A stretch of 63,760 nt of DNA, filler included, from Hausera hauseri (lineage: Eukaryota), in NCBI GenBank assembly GCA_046269625.1. It is 11 parts of 11 records of this genome, joined end to end, with 100 filler letters (N's around TTAATTAATTAA, not from the genome) between each part and the next. Parts side by side here need not be neighbours in the genome. Positions count along the whole stretch, not along the records: positions 36,079 to 41,774 come from JBJURY010204635.1; positions 41,875 to 49,589 come from JBJURY010906978.1; positions 49,690 to 53,783 come from JBJURY010766317.1; 8 more parts are not named here. One strand, written 5' to 3'. The notes under the pieces were generated by a model that saw nothing but the letters and a program-made list of their open reading frames with translations, did not search any database and was not told where the DNA came from. Shown here piece after piece: positions 38,427 to 51,520 of this stretch (position 1 is its first letter; each line of letters begins with the position of its first letter). Both the position numbers and the translations under genes were made by a program.

Positions 38427-39235
38427 TAGGTATGAAGAAATTGTCATAATATTGAGTGAGGTACTTGGTTTCAGAAACAAATTTACAACTTTGCTTTACT
38501 ATCTTCAATATCAAACTAAAAATAATGTGCAATTCCTGGTGCCAGTAAACAAAAATACTTTCCGAGTATAAAATGGTTTGTGTAAAGTTGCGTGTAATAT
38601 GCGACCGTGATATTTTCATTTGTGTATTAAATAAAATCATAATAATTGGATTTCAAATAGGGGAATTACTTATGCAAGAAGTACCGATAATATAAAAATG
38701 ATTATCAAAAACGTATTACATATTTGAATTAAGCATTCAAAATTACATTATTATACAAAACGTCGTCATGATTTGTATTTAGAAGTAAAGTAGTGTGTTT
38801 TGCCAGAATCTTTGAGCGGCAAGAAGTGGCAGAAGTATGACTTTTTTGATTATTAAACATAGTGATTACTGTATTCTTGGATTTGATATTTTGGTGCTGT
38901 TAGTTGTTGGGGATTTGGTCAAATTCATTGGCAAATTTAAGGCGAGTTATACTTGTAATACTAAAGGCAGTAAGCACTGTTGTAGACAGGTTACTAGAAC
39001 TAGCAGACATTGAGTACATCTTGCTTGCATCATAGTAGATAGTGTATTAATTTACATTATTATTCTTTGCTATCTGCAGTTATTTGTGAGCATATTGGAA
39101 TAATAGTGATACTTTACTGTATCTGCTCTACATTACAGTTCTTATTTTATTAAAGAATCAGTGAGAAAACTGGAAATTTAAACAGAAAAATAGAAACCTA
39201 CGTGTCACACCTACCGCAGTGCTGCTGAATAAATA

Positions 39236-41752
39236 TTGATTGCTGAATTATTTTATTTGATAGGTATGGCTCTTGGAACACGTAGCAGATATTATATTTA
39301 TCTTCTGGGTCATATGAAAGATAGTCTGGTTGGTTCTAAATTGTCATCAGTAGGTGATTTCATGTGCCTTTATCTGCATAAACCTAAGACTGAATGTCAG
39401 ACAATATATGTAGTGGGACCATTCTGGCAAAAGGCAAGAATATCAATGAGACCTCGTTACTATGCTACTGAACAGTTGGAACATATAATTTTCAAATGGA
39501 AAAGGCTAAAGAAAGGCCGAGGACGTCGAATTGAAACACAGATGGCAAACAAAGAAGGCTTAACAGATACATTCTGCGATTTATTTGACATTGCTCATCA
39601 AGATGCATTGTCATTAATCATGGTTGAAAAAGACAGAGCCTTCCTGCTTGCACAACGTGAAAAAGGTCGGAAAGGTGCAGTGGCCGGCGTGGATACATCA
39701 CCGGTGAAGAAAGAAGCAGAATTGAGGAATAAACCCGATAAAAGCTGCAATTGGGAAGAAAAACAGAAAGCAGAACTAGATCTGTTGAACCGAAGCATTG
39801 CACTACCATCAAATGATGACACAGCATCAGATTCAACAGAAAATGAATTTGGAAATTCGATTGTTTGAGAAAACAAATTAACCAGAAAGAAAGAAAGAAA
39901 AATGCACTCACTGCTGATGGTATGGCATCACATGACCGCACAAAACTAACTCTAGCAGTACTGTGCACACACTCTCTGCTGTTGTTCATGCTTCTGGGCA
40001 GAAAGTTGACGACCTCAATATCAGACGTTCTTCTATCCAGCGTGTACGACAGAATCATCGTTTACTCACTCTAAGTGAGCTGAAATCGAGCTTTGATCCA
40101 CAGAAGCCATTAACCGTTCATTTTAATGGCAAGCTGATGATGGATTTAACTGCTGATGAAAAGGTGGACTGTCATCCAATCATTGTGTATGGGTCTGGAG
40201 TTGATTAGCTTCCCTGCATTCTTAAATTGAATACCAACACCGCTGAAGCCATGATCAATGCCATGCTGGAAGCTTCTATGTCATGGGGAATCAAGGATCA
40301 GACAAAAGCCCCCAGTTTTCATACCTCGCCGAGCAATACTGGAAGATAAAACGGTGTTTGTGTGTTGTTTCAAGTCAAGCTGAATTCAGACATTTGATAT
40401 TTGGCTTACCGTCATCATGTACACAAAATAATGCTAGCCGACGTATTTGTAGAAACAATGGGTCCATCAAGGGGCCCAGACATCGGACTTTTCAAAGGTT
40501 TCAAGTCATTTTGGCCTAGCATAATTTTCAATGATTACAAGTACAAGGCAGGAACTGATGACCCACAAGTAGCAACCGCAGTGCACGACTTTAAAGTAGA
40601 AACTATAGGTTTCTTAGTTGGAAAATACTAAGCTTCGTAATGACTACAGAGAACTACTTTCTTGGTGCTGAAGCTCCTCGTAATGTTCATATAATCAAAC
40701 CGGATTCACTGCGTCGAGCTCGCTTCATGACCAAGCTGATATATACATACACGATATTCTTCTTTCGACATTCTGACTTCAAATATACCGACTGTGAACA
40801 AAAAGGCTTGGCAGAACTGTGCATAATTGGTATTCAGGTCTACCTGAAATGGTGGTTCTTGTCTCAGCTACCAATCATCGCCCCAGCAAATAATTTGAAG
40901 CTTCTGCAAACACTATTCTTGTTCTATTCACAAGCAGCAAAAGGTGCACTAAAAAGCTCTGTGGACACCTCTGGTACTTGAGTGACGAGCTCATTGCATT
41001 ATCATTCTTTGACAGAGATGCCGTCCAGAAGAAAAAGTCGATGGTATCATCACTTCAAAAACCAGCGTCCGAAGATCCACCAAAGCAAATAACAGTTGAC
41101 ATCACCAAAATCAACAAAATGCAGTTGCATGATTTTGTGACGACGAATTCAAAGAAGATTTTTGACTTGTTGTCAATCCCAGATTCATTTCTGCAAATTG
41201 ATCCAAACATGTGGATAACCAACCCAGACTATCTGAAAACTAAGGAAATTGTACGTGCTCTGCGGGTAACAAATTACACTGCAGAGAGAGGTGTTGCCAT
41301 GATACAGGAATACAGTGGTCTACTGATTAAAAGTGAACAACAGACAATTTATTTCACAAGTTGTTGATGAGATTAGAAAGTCTTTTCCTGACAGTACTTC
41401 ACGGATTTTCTACATCTACAAGTATACAATCCACAGTTCTGATTTATTTAGGATGTGGAAGTAACTTATAACTATTAACTAATAGTTCTGACAATTTTCA
41501 ATTTTGTGAGCATGATAGCTGTGACATAGAATTTGTAGTGACTATATTTTAATTTACTTTCCAGTGTCAGTCTGCTGTCTAGTGCCAAAAATAACGTTTT
41601 CGAGAAAAATGGAATATTTCACTATGTCTGAGTACACCCTAAATGTAAACTAATTTGAATAAAATTTTGCACATTTTCTTCATTTGATATGGAGACTTGA
41701 CTGAGAGGGTGAGACGTTTAAAATTTCAATACTGAAAAATAAGGATCACCTA
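39236..41752 (+). mobile_element. hAT-superfamily (hATm-like) DNA transposon, degenerate
   Basis: LFDIAH, VHFNGKL (D1), F(H)TSPSNTG (D2), AYRHH (CxxH position), RARFMTKLIY, HLWYLS and NYTAERGV (E). Candidate right terminus ...AAGGATCACCTAA at about 41752. The left terminus was not found. Confidence 0.7.
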
Positions 41753-41874
41753 ATGTTTAGATTATTTGAATTGGNNNNNNNNNNNNNNNNNNNNNNNNNN
41801 NNNNNNNNNNNNNNNNNNTTAATTAATTAANNNNNNNNNNNNNNNNNNNNNNNNNNNNNNNNNNNNNNNNNNNN

Positions 41875-44800
41875 GCGTGATCGTGGTTTCAGTATTCCCA
41901 CCCTCTGGAAGAAAGCATTCTGTCTTGATCGTGGTTTACCTATTTCCACCCCTGGAACAAAGCATTCTGGCCTGATCGTTGTTTCACTATTACCACCCCT
42001 TGCACAAAGCATTCTGGAGTCATCGTGGTTTCAGAATGCCCACCCTCAGAAGAAAGCTTTCTGGCGTGGTCGTGGTTTAGTTATTCCCACTCCTAGAAGA
42101 AAGCATTTTGGCTTGATCGTGGTTTCAGTATTCCCACCCCTAGAATATAACATTCTGGCGTGATGCTGGATTTACTGTTCCCACTCCTGGAACAAAGCAT
42201 TCTGGCGTGATCTTGGTATCACTATTGCCACCCATAGAAAAAAGCATTCTGGCGTGATCGTGGTTTCAGAATTCTACCTCTAGAACATGACATTCTGGTG
42301 TGATCGTGGTTTCACAATTCCCACCCGTAGAAAAAAGCATACTGGCGTGATTGTGGTATCAGAATTCCCACTCCTAGAAAATGATATTCTTTCGTGATCG
42401 TGGTTTTATTATGCCCACTCCTAGAACATGACATTCCGGCGTGATCGTGGATTCACTATTCCCACTCCCTGGAACAAAGCATTCTGGCGTGATCGTGGTT
42501 TCATTATTCCCACCCCAAGAACATGACATTCTGGCGTGATCGTGGATTCACTATTCCCACTCCCTTTTTGCTTAAATTTTTGTAGTGAACAAAGGGATTT
42601 CTGGTGTAACCGTGGTTTTACTATTCCCACCCTCTGGAACAAAGCACTCTTGCGTGGTCGTGGTTTCAGTATCCCCACCCCTAGAAAAAGCATATTGTTG
42701 TGGTCGTGGCTTCACTAATCCCACCACTAGAACAAAGCATTTTGGCGTGATCGTGGTTTTATTATTCCCACCCGTAGAACATGACATTCTGGCGTGATCC
42801 TGGATTCACTATTCCCAGTCCCTGGAACAAAGCATACTGGCGTGATGGCAGTTTCACTATTCCCACTCCCATTTTATTTAAATTTTTGTAGTGAACAAAG
42901 GGATTTCTGGCGTGATGGTGTTATCACTATTTCCAACCCTAGAAAAAAGCATCCTGGCTTCATCGTGGTATAACTATTCCTACCCCTAGAAGAAAGCATT
43001 CTGGCGTGATCGTGGTTTCAGTATTCCCACCCTCTGGAAGAAAGCATTCTGTCTTGATCGTGGTTTACCTATTTCCACCCTTGGAACAAAGCATTTTGGC
43101 CTGATCGTGGTTTCATTATTCCCACCAGTAGAACATGACATTCTGGCGCGATCGTGGATTCACTATACCCACGTCCATTTTGTTTAAATTTTTGTAATGA
43201 ACAAGGGGATTTTTGGCGTGGTCGTGCTATCACTATTACCACCCCTAGGAAAAAGCATTCTGGCGTGATCTTGCTTTCACTATTGCTACTCATAGATCGA
43301 AGCATTCCGGCGTGATTGTGGTTTCAGTATTCCCACTCCTAGAACATGACATTCTTTCGTGATTGTGGTTTTACTATTCCCATTCCTAGAGCAAAGCATT
43401 TTGGCCTGATCGCGATTTCATTATTCCCACCACTAGAACATTACATTCTGTTGTGATCGTGGCTTCACTATTCCCATTCCCTGGAAAAATGCACTCTGGC
43501 GTGATCGTGGTTTCACTATTCCCACTCCCCTTTTGTATAATTTTTACTAGTGAACAAAGGGATTTCTGGCGTTATCGTGCTATCACTATTCCTACCCCTA
43601 GAAAAAAGCATCCTGGCGTGATCGTGGTTTCACTATTCCCACTCCCTTTTTGTTTAAATTTTAGCAGTGAACAAAAGGATTTCTGCGTGATCGTGGAATG
43701 ACTACTCCCACCCCTTGGAATAAAGCATCCTGCCATGATTGTGGTTTCACTATTCCCACTTCCTTTTTGCTTTAAATTTGGTAGCGAACAAATGGATTTC
43801 TAGCGTATCGTGGTTTCACTTTTCCCACTTCCATTTGTTTTAAATTTGGTAGTGAACAAATGGATTACTGGCGTGATCGTGGTTTCACTATTCACACCCT
43901 TTTGTTTAAAATTTTGGTAGTTAACAAAGGCATTTCTGGCGTAATTGTGGTTTCCCTATTCCCATGTTCAAATGCAAAGCATTCTGGAGTAACCGTGGTA
44001 TCACTGTTCCCACACCTAGAAAAAAGCAATATGGCGTGATCGTGGTTTCACTATTCCCACCACTAGAACAAAGCTTTCTGGTGTAATCGTTGTTTCACTA
44101 TTCCCATCCCCAAAAACAATGCATTCTGGAATGATCGTTGTTTCATTATTCCCACCCCTTTTTGTTTAAATTTTGTTAGGGAACAAATGGATTTCTAGCG
44201 TAATCGTGGCTTCACTATTCCCACACCTAGATAAAAGCATTCTGGCGTGATGGTGGTTTCACTATTCCCATTCCATGGAACAAAAGATTCTGTCGGCATC
44301 GTGGTTTCGCTATTCCCACCCCCAAAACACAGCATTCTGGCTTGATCATGGTTTCACTATTCCGACTCCCTTTTTCTTTAAATTTTGGTAGTGAACAAAG
44401 GGATTTCTGGCGTGATCGTGGTTTCCCTATTCCCATCCCCAAAAACAAAGCATTCTGGCGTAATCGTTGTTTCACTATTCCCATTCCCAGAAAGAAAGCA
44501 TTCTGGCGTGATCATGGCTTCACTATTCGCGCCCCTAGGACAAATCATTTTGCCGCGATCGTGGTCTCACAATTCCCATCCCCAAAAACAATACATTCTG
44601 GACTGATTGTGGTTTCATTATTCCCACCCCTTTTTGTTTAAATTTTGTTAGGGAACAAAAGGATTTCTAGCGTAATCGTAGTTTTACTATTCCCACACCT
44701 AGATAAAAGCATTCTGGCGTGATGGTGGTTTCACTATTCTCATCCCATGGAAGAAAAGGTTATGGCGTGATCGTAGTTTGACTATTCCCACTTCCTTTTG

Positions 44801-47800
44801 TTTAAATTTCGGTAGTAAACAAAGGGATTTCTGGAGTGATCGTGGTTTCACTATTCCCATTCCCTTTTGTTCAAATTTTGGTAGTGTACTAAGGGATTTC
44901 TGGTGTGAATATGGTTTTACTATTCCCACCACCTGGAACAAAAGATTCTCGCGTGATTGTCGCTTCATTATTTCCACCCACTTATGTTTAAATATTGGTA
45001 GTGAACAAAGGATTTCTGGAGTGATCGTGGTTTCACTATTCCCACCTCCTTTTTGTTCAAATTTTGGTAGTGAACAAAGGGATTTCTGGAGTGATCGAGT
45101 TTCCACTATTCCCACCACCTGGAATAAAAGATTCTGGCGGCATCTTGGTTTCACTATTCCCACACCCTTTACGTTTAAATTTTCGCAGTGAACACAGGGA
45201 TTTCAGGAGTGATCGTGGTTTCACTATTTCCACGCTGTGGAACAAAGCATTCTGGCGCGATCGTGGTTTCACTATTCCCACTCCCTTTACGTTTCAATTT
45301 TCGCAATGAACACAGGGATTTCAGGAGTGATCGTGGTTTTACTATTCGCACCCCTAGGACAAATCATTTCGCCGTAATTGTGGTCTCACAATTCCCATCC
45401 GCAAAAACAATGCATTCTGCAGTAATCGTGGTTTCACTATTCCCACACCTAGATAAAATCATTTTGGCGTGATAGTGGTTTCACTATTCCCAATCCCTTT
45501 TGTTCAAATTTTGGTAGTGTAAAAGGGATTCCTGGTGTGAATATGGTTTCACTATTCCCACCACCTGGAACAAAAGATTCTGGCATGATTGTCGCTTCAT
45601 TATTTCCACCCACCTCTGTTTAAATATTGGTAGTGAACAAAGGATTTCTGGAGTGATCGTGATTTTACTATTCCCGCCTCCTGGAAGAAAACATTCTTGT
45701 GTGATTGTTGTTTCACTTTTTCCGCCTACTTTTTGTTTAAACTTGGTAGAGAACATAGGGATTTCTGGCCTGATCATTGTTTTACTATTCACGCCCCCTG
45801 GAAGAAAAGGTTGTGGCGTGATTGTGGTTTGACTATTCCCATCCCCTGGAACAAAAGCTTATGGCGGGATCCTGGTTTCACTATTCTGACTCCCTTTTCC
45901 TTTAAATTTTGGTAGTGTACGAAGGGATTTCTGTCGTGATCGCGGTTTCCATATTCCCACCCCCAAAACACAGCATTCTGGCTTGATCTTGGTTTCACTA
46001 TTCAGACTCCCTTTTTCTTTAAATTTTGATTGTTCACAACGGGATTTCTGGCGTAATCGTGGTATCACTGTTCCCACACCTAGATAATAGCAATCTGCTG
46101 TAATCTTGGTTTCACTATTCCCATCCCGTGGAACCAAAGATCCTGGCGTGATTGTGGATTCACTATTCCCAACCCCTAAAAGAAAAGGTTCTGGCGTGAT
46201 CGGGGTTTCACTACTCTTACCTCTTCTGTTTAAAATTTTGGTGGTGAACAAAGGGATTTTTGGCGTGATCGTGATTTCACTATTTCCACCACCTTTTTGT
46301 TTAAACTTGGTAGTGAACAAAGGGATTTCTGGCCTGCTCATGGTTTCACTATTCCCGCTGCTTGGAACAAAACATACTAGTGAGAAGGTGTTTTCACTAT
46401 TCCCAGTCCATGGAACAAAAGATTCTGGCGTGATCGTGGTTTCACTATTTCCACCCCTAGAACAAAGCATTCTGGCGTGGTCGTGGTTTCACTATTCCCA
46501 CCTCCTTTTTGTTCAAATTTTGGTAGTGAACAAAAGGATTTCTGGAGTGATTGTGGTTTCACTATTCCCATTCTTTGGAACAAAAGATTGTGGACTGATC
46601 GTAGTTTCATTATTCCCACTCCCTTTTGTTTAAATTTTGGTAGTGAACAAAGGGATTTCTGGCGTTATTGTAGTATCACTATTCCCACCCCGTGGAATAA
46701 AACTTTCTAGCGTTATCGAGGTTTCACTATTCCCACCCCCTGGAAAAAAAGATTCTGGCGGCATCGTGGTTTCACTATTCCCACCCGCTTTTGTTAAAAT
46801 TTTCTTAGTGAACAAAGAGATTTTTGGTGTGATCGTGGTTTTACTATTCCCATTCCCTGGAAAAAAAAGATTCTGGCGGCATCGTGGTTTCACTATTCAC
46901 ACTACCTTTACGTTTAAATTTTCGCAGTGAACACAGGGATTTCAGGAGTGATTGTGGTTTCACTATTCGCACCCCTAGGACAAATCATTTCGCCGTAATT
47001 GTGGTCTCACAATTCCCATCCCCAAAACAATGCATTCTGCAGTAATTGTGGTTTCACTCTTCCCACCCCTTTTTGTTTAAATTTTGTTAGGGAAGAAAGG
47101 CATTTCTAGCGTGATAATGTTTTAACTATTCCCACCCCTAGATAAAAGCATTCTTGCGTGATCGTGTTTTCACTATACCCACTCCCTTTACGTCTAAATT
47201 TTCGCAGTGAACACAGGGATTTCTGGCGTGATCGTGGTTTCACTATTCCCACTCCCTTTTGTTTAAATTTTGGTAGTGTACCAAGTGATTTCCGGCGTGG
47301 TCGTGGTTTGACTATGCCCACTGTCTGGAACAAAACATTCTGGCGGCGTCGTGCTTCACTATTCCCACTCGTTTATCTTAAATTTTGGTAGTGAACAAAG
47401 GGATTTCTCGCGCGATTATAGATTGACTATTTCCACCCCCTGGAACAAAAGATTATGGCGTTATCGTGGTTTCACTATCCCGACACCCTTTTTCTTTAAA
47501 TTTTGGTACTGGACAGGGAGACTTGTAGCGCGATCATGGTTTCCCTATTCCCACCCCCAAAACAAAGCATTCTGGCGTAATCGTTGTTCCACTATTTCCA
47601 TGCACTGGAACAAAGCTTTCTGGCGTGATTATGGTTTCACTATTCGTACCCCTAGGTCAAATCATTTTGCCGTGATCGTGGTTTCACAAATCCCATCCCC
47701 AAAAACAATGCATTCTGGACTGATTGTGGTTTCATTATTCCCACCCATTTTGTTTAAATTTTGTTAGGGAACACCCCCTCCCACCCCCTCGAAGAAAACA

Positions 47801-48872
47801 TTCTTGTGTGATCTTGGTGTCACTTTTGATACCTCTTTTTTGTGTAAACTTGGTAGTGAACAAAGGGATTTCTGACATGATTATGGTTTTACTATTCCCA
47901 GACCTGGAAGAAAAGGTTATGGTGTGATCGTGGTTTCACTATTCCCACCCGCTTTTGTTTAAATTTTGGTAGTGATCAAAGGGGTTTCTGGCGTGATCGT
48001 GATTTCCATATTCCCACCCCCTCGAAGAAAACATTTTTTTTCGATCGTGGTATCACTTTTTCCACCTCTTTTTTGTGTAATCGTGGTAGTGAACAAATGA
48101 ATTTCTGGCGTGATCGTGGTATCACAATTCCCATCCGAAAGAACAATACATTCTTCAGTGATCGTGGTTTCACTATTCACGCCCCTTTTTGTTTAAATTT
48201 TGTTACTGTGCAAAGGGATTTATGGTGTAATCGTGATTTTACTATTCCCACCCCTGGATAAAAACATTCTGGCGTTATCGCGGTTTCACTATTCCCACTC
48301 GGTTTTGTTTAAATTTTGGTAGTAAACAAAGGGTATTTTAGGGTGATCGAGGTTTCTCTATTCCGAGCCGTACAAGAAAGCATTCTGGCGTTATCGTGGT
48401 TTCACTAATCCCACCCACAAAAACAAAACATTCTGTCGTCATCATGGCTTCACTCCTCACATCTCCTTTTTGTTTAAATTTGCGTAGTGAAAAAAGCGAT
48501 TCCTGGCGTGATCGTGGTTTTACTATTCCCATTCCGTTTTTGTTTTAATTATGGTAGAGACCAAAGGGATTTCTGGCGTGATCGTGGTTTCACAATTTCT
48601 ACCCCGTGGAAGAAAACATACTAGTGTGATCGTGGTTTCACTATTCCCACTCATATTTCGCTAAATTTCGGTAGTGAACAAAGGGATTTCTGGCCTCATT
48701 TAGGTTTGAATATACCGAACCCTTAAAACCAAAGATTCTGGTGTAATTGTAATTTCACTATTCCCACTTCTTTTTGTTAAAATTTTGGTAGTGAACAAAG
48801 GGATTTCTGGTGTGATCGTGGTTTCACTATTTCCACCACTTGGAACAAAAGATTCTGGTGTAATCGTCGTTT
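41875..48872. repeat. Satellite array of 47-bp and 70-bp units sharing a ~31-bp core
   Basis: Core TTCTGGCGTGATCGTGGTTTCACTATTCCCAC, followed by a short (CCCTAGAACAAAGCA) or long (TCCCTTTTTGTTTAAATTTTGGTAGTGAACAAAGGGA) arm. Example periods: 42484-42531 (47 bp) and 42531-42601 (70 bp). Confidence 0.96.
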
Positions 48873-49589
48873 AGTAGTGAGAAAATGTGCTTTCCGTCCC
48901 ACCGGGGGAAGGCGGGGTAATTGATAAATCGATTTTGCACATGTGCCGATCGATGGTGCACACTGTGCACTACCGATCCATAAAGTGCGTAGTAACGGTG
49001 CCGCTAGGCACCGTTGCTAAATGCACTTTTGCACTTTTCACTTATCGATCGCTGTACAGTGCACTATTGGTCGAATCGATCGGGACAAAGTGGCAATTGA
49101 TAGAGCACATCAAGTTGCATTGATTGGTGCACAGTGCAAGTGTGCAGCACATGTGCAAGTCTGCAAAAGTCAATAATATTGGATTTTCGCCTTTTCAAAA
49201 TCAATCTTTGAGGCTCGAGACCAGGTGCAATCGCAAGTGCACTTCACGTTGTATATAAATGTGCAGTTAGAATTTAAATCGATTGATTGGTTTTTGAATA
49301 ATTCGCAAGTGGGACCGACAGCACATAGGCCTTTCCGCTATAAATTTTAAATCAATGATATCAAAATGACACATGTACATGCGTGTGCAGTACGTGATGC
49401 ACTTTCAGTCAGTGCACAATTCAAGTGTGCACTTTTCCACTTTACACACTTTTGCAATTGTGCAGCGTAGGATTGATGGAATTGATCGGGGTCAAGTGCA
49501 GTTAGATAGAGAACATCGAGATGCACCTTGATGGATGGTGTGCAGTGCAAAAACATGTGTGCAAGTGTGCAAAAATCAATAATATCGAA
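48873..49589 (+). mobile_element. Second, gap-truncated copy of the AGTAGT-terminated non-autonomous element
   Basis: Starts AGTAGTGAGAAAATGTGCTTT and is colinear with 57280-57970. It cuts the last satellite unit in mid-core. Confidence 0.85.
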
Positions 49590-50169
49590 NNNNNNNNNNN
49601 NNNNNNNNNNNNNNNNNNNNNNNNNNNNNNNNNTTAATTAATTAANNNNNNNNNNNNNNNNNNNNNNNNNNNNNNNNNNNNNNNNNNNNCCTTTTATATT
49701 TTTTTTGACATGTATGTATTTTTGTTCCCTATTAAAAATTCTCGAGTCAAACAAAACATTTCAGTCTCATGATTTTGTATACCATCCTTAAAACCCCCCT
49801 TTTTTACCGTTGTCATATAATACACACTTACAACTTCTTTTTGATAATGTGTGTCCTTTGTTGGCCTGATCCCCTTTGAGTATGATTTAAACTTGGTACA
49901 ACTCAACATATATATTCCCATAAACTCCCCATATCCCTTATCAAAGGTATAATTATATAAAAAACATTGAAATTACATTTGCAAACATACGTAGCCATTT
50001 TTTTCGGAGTGCTCCTCTCCGGGAGATTCTCTCCACCTTTAAATGTTATCACCAACTCAGTCACTCTGATTTTATCACGCATATCAACAATCAGACAGCT
50101 CGAGTCGATAATCAGACATCCAGAATAAAAAGCAGAAAATAACGATAATATTCAAACCACATTCTAGTA

Positions 50170-51520
50170 CCTTTTGCGTAAATCGCAACATTCTTTCTTC
50201 TTTTTAATTCTGCAGCATATCAACAAAGTTCAAAATTTTTGACTTGGCTGCCACCGCTTTATCAGACTGACCGGTAACAATGACCTTCTTTTTTTCCCAT
50301 TCTTTGGTGGAATTGATATTTCACAATTATATTTTTCTCTAAGATCGTTAATTTTACTACCCTTTGATCCAATCAATGCTGGATAAAATTCATGAGGAAC
50401 ATCGACCTCAAGATCAAGAACCATAACTTTAACAACTTCTTCTTTGACTAATTCAATTTTATCCTTATGTCCAGTAATTATAATTCTGTATTTCGGTAAT
50501 TTTGAACAAGAAGTATCATCCTTTACGGATAACGTTGATGAGAATTGTGAATTGTCTCCATCGAGTCAGTTTTTCATAGCTTCTAAAACAAGACCATTTG
50601 CTAAGTTGTTTGATTTAGGAGACAAGCTTTTGCATGAATCATCTTCACTGAAACAACTATCCAGTCCGTTTATATAAGTACGATCGGTTGAATTTGAGAA
50701 AAGCTGAGATTCGATAATACAATTAGACGTTTCTGGATATAATAGAATTTTTATTTCAACTCTGTACCTCAAACTGATATTAGACAATTGTCTTGGAGAA
50801 AATTTTTTCAAATTATTGAGCTGATTTTCGTCGATTATTAATATATCTGTGACTGAGTTTTCATAATCTTCGATAATTTGTAAAATTTCCTTTTTAGCAC
50901 TGCACGTTCAATTCCGGACCATAAAATTCCAAAATTCCTTGACTCTGATTGTAATTATCGGATTGTTGGGGAACACCGATTTTACACTGATGACTCTTTC
51001 CAATTCGATTCAATTCACCGTTTTTTTGAAAATATATTATATGATCCATATGTACATATACAGTATCAGTAATGATTGAACCCATATCTAATTTGGCATT
51101 TGCTAAAATTTCCATGGTAGCAATTACGTTGTCTTTCTGGCCGATTATCTGGATTGAACTTCTGTCTTCGTGCTCTAATATTCTGACACTGAAGGATTCT
51201 TTAAGTTTTCGAAATTTGACTTCTAAGGAAGCGAAGAAAAATTCAGTTTCTTCCGTTGAAAGATTAAAGGTTTCTTCGTAATTTGATGCTGTGACTTCTT
51301 CAACAAAATTATGTAACTTTTCTTGGGCTTTAAAAAGACAATCTTTGATTCTTTTGACAATGACAGTATTAGACTCTGATTCCGGAGTTGGAAATCGAAT
51401 GGTTACTCGGCCACCACAGGCTTCTTTAAGGGTATTAATACGACTACCACCTTTGCCAATCAAAATTGTATGAAGAGATTTCGGAATTTCAATTCCAACT
51501 TCGATAATATTTGACTGAAA
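50170..51520 (-). pseudogene. HDLBP: Vigilin-like multi-KH-domain gene fragment, disrupted
   Basis: KH repeats IPKSLHTILIGKGGSRINTLKEACGGRVTIRFP and VPHEFYPALIGSKGSKINDLREKYNCEISIP. Frameshifts near 50900 and 50295, and an in-frame TGA at 50566. Confidence 0.75.

Noticed and set aside
41827-48532. Many ORFs on both strands in the array (GIVKPRSRQ / VIVVSLFP repeats)
   Set aside because: These are translation artefacts of the tandem repeat, with frames shifting at each unit.
41875-48872. CRISPR-like repeat-spacer appearance
   Set aside because: The 'spacers' fall into two recurring homologous classes, the repeats are degenerate, there are no cas genes and the context is eukaryotic. It is a satellite.
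48887-49556. Cys/His-rich short ORFs here and at 57311-58580
   Set aside because: They are by-products of TGCA/GTGCAC-rich non-coding element sequence, and the frames are not conserved between the two copies.
2969-50568. In-frame TGA/TAG at conserved positions suggesting an alternative genetic code
   Set aside because: The stops replace different residues (W, R, Y, Q, C) and co-occur with frameshifts, and the 1656-codon BPTF exon has none. This is ordinary decay.
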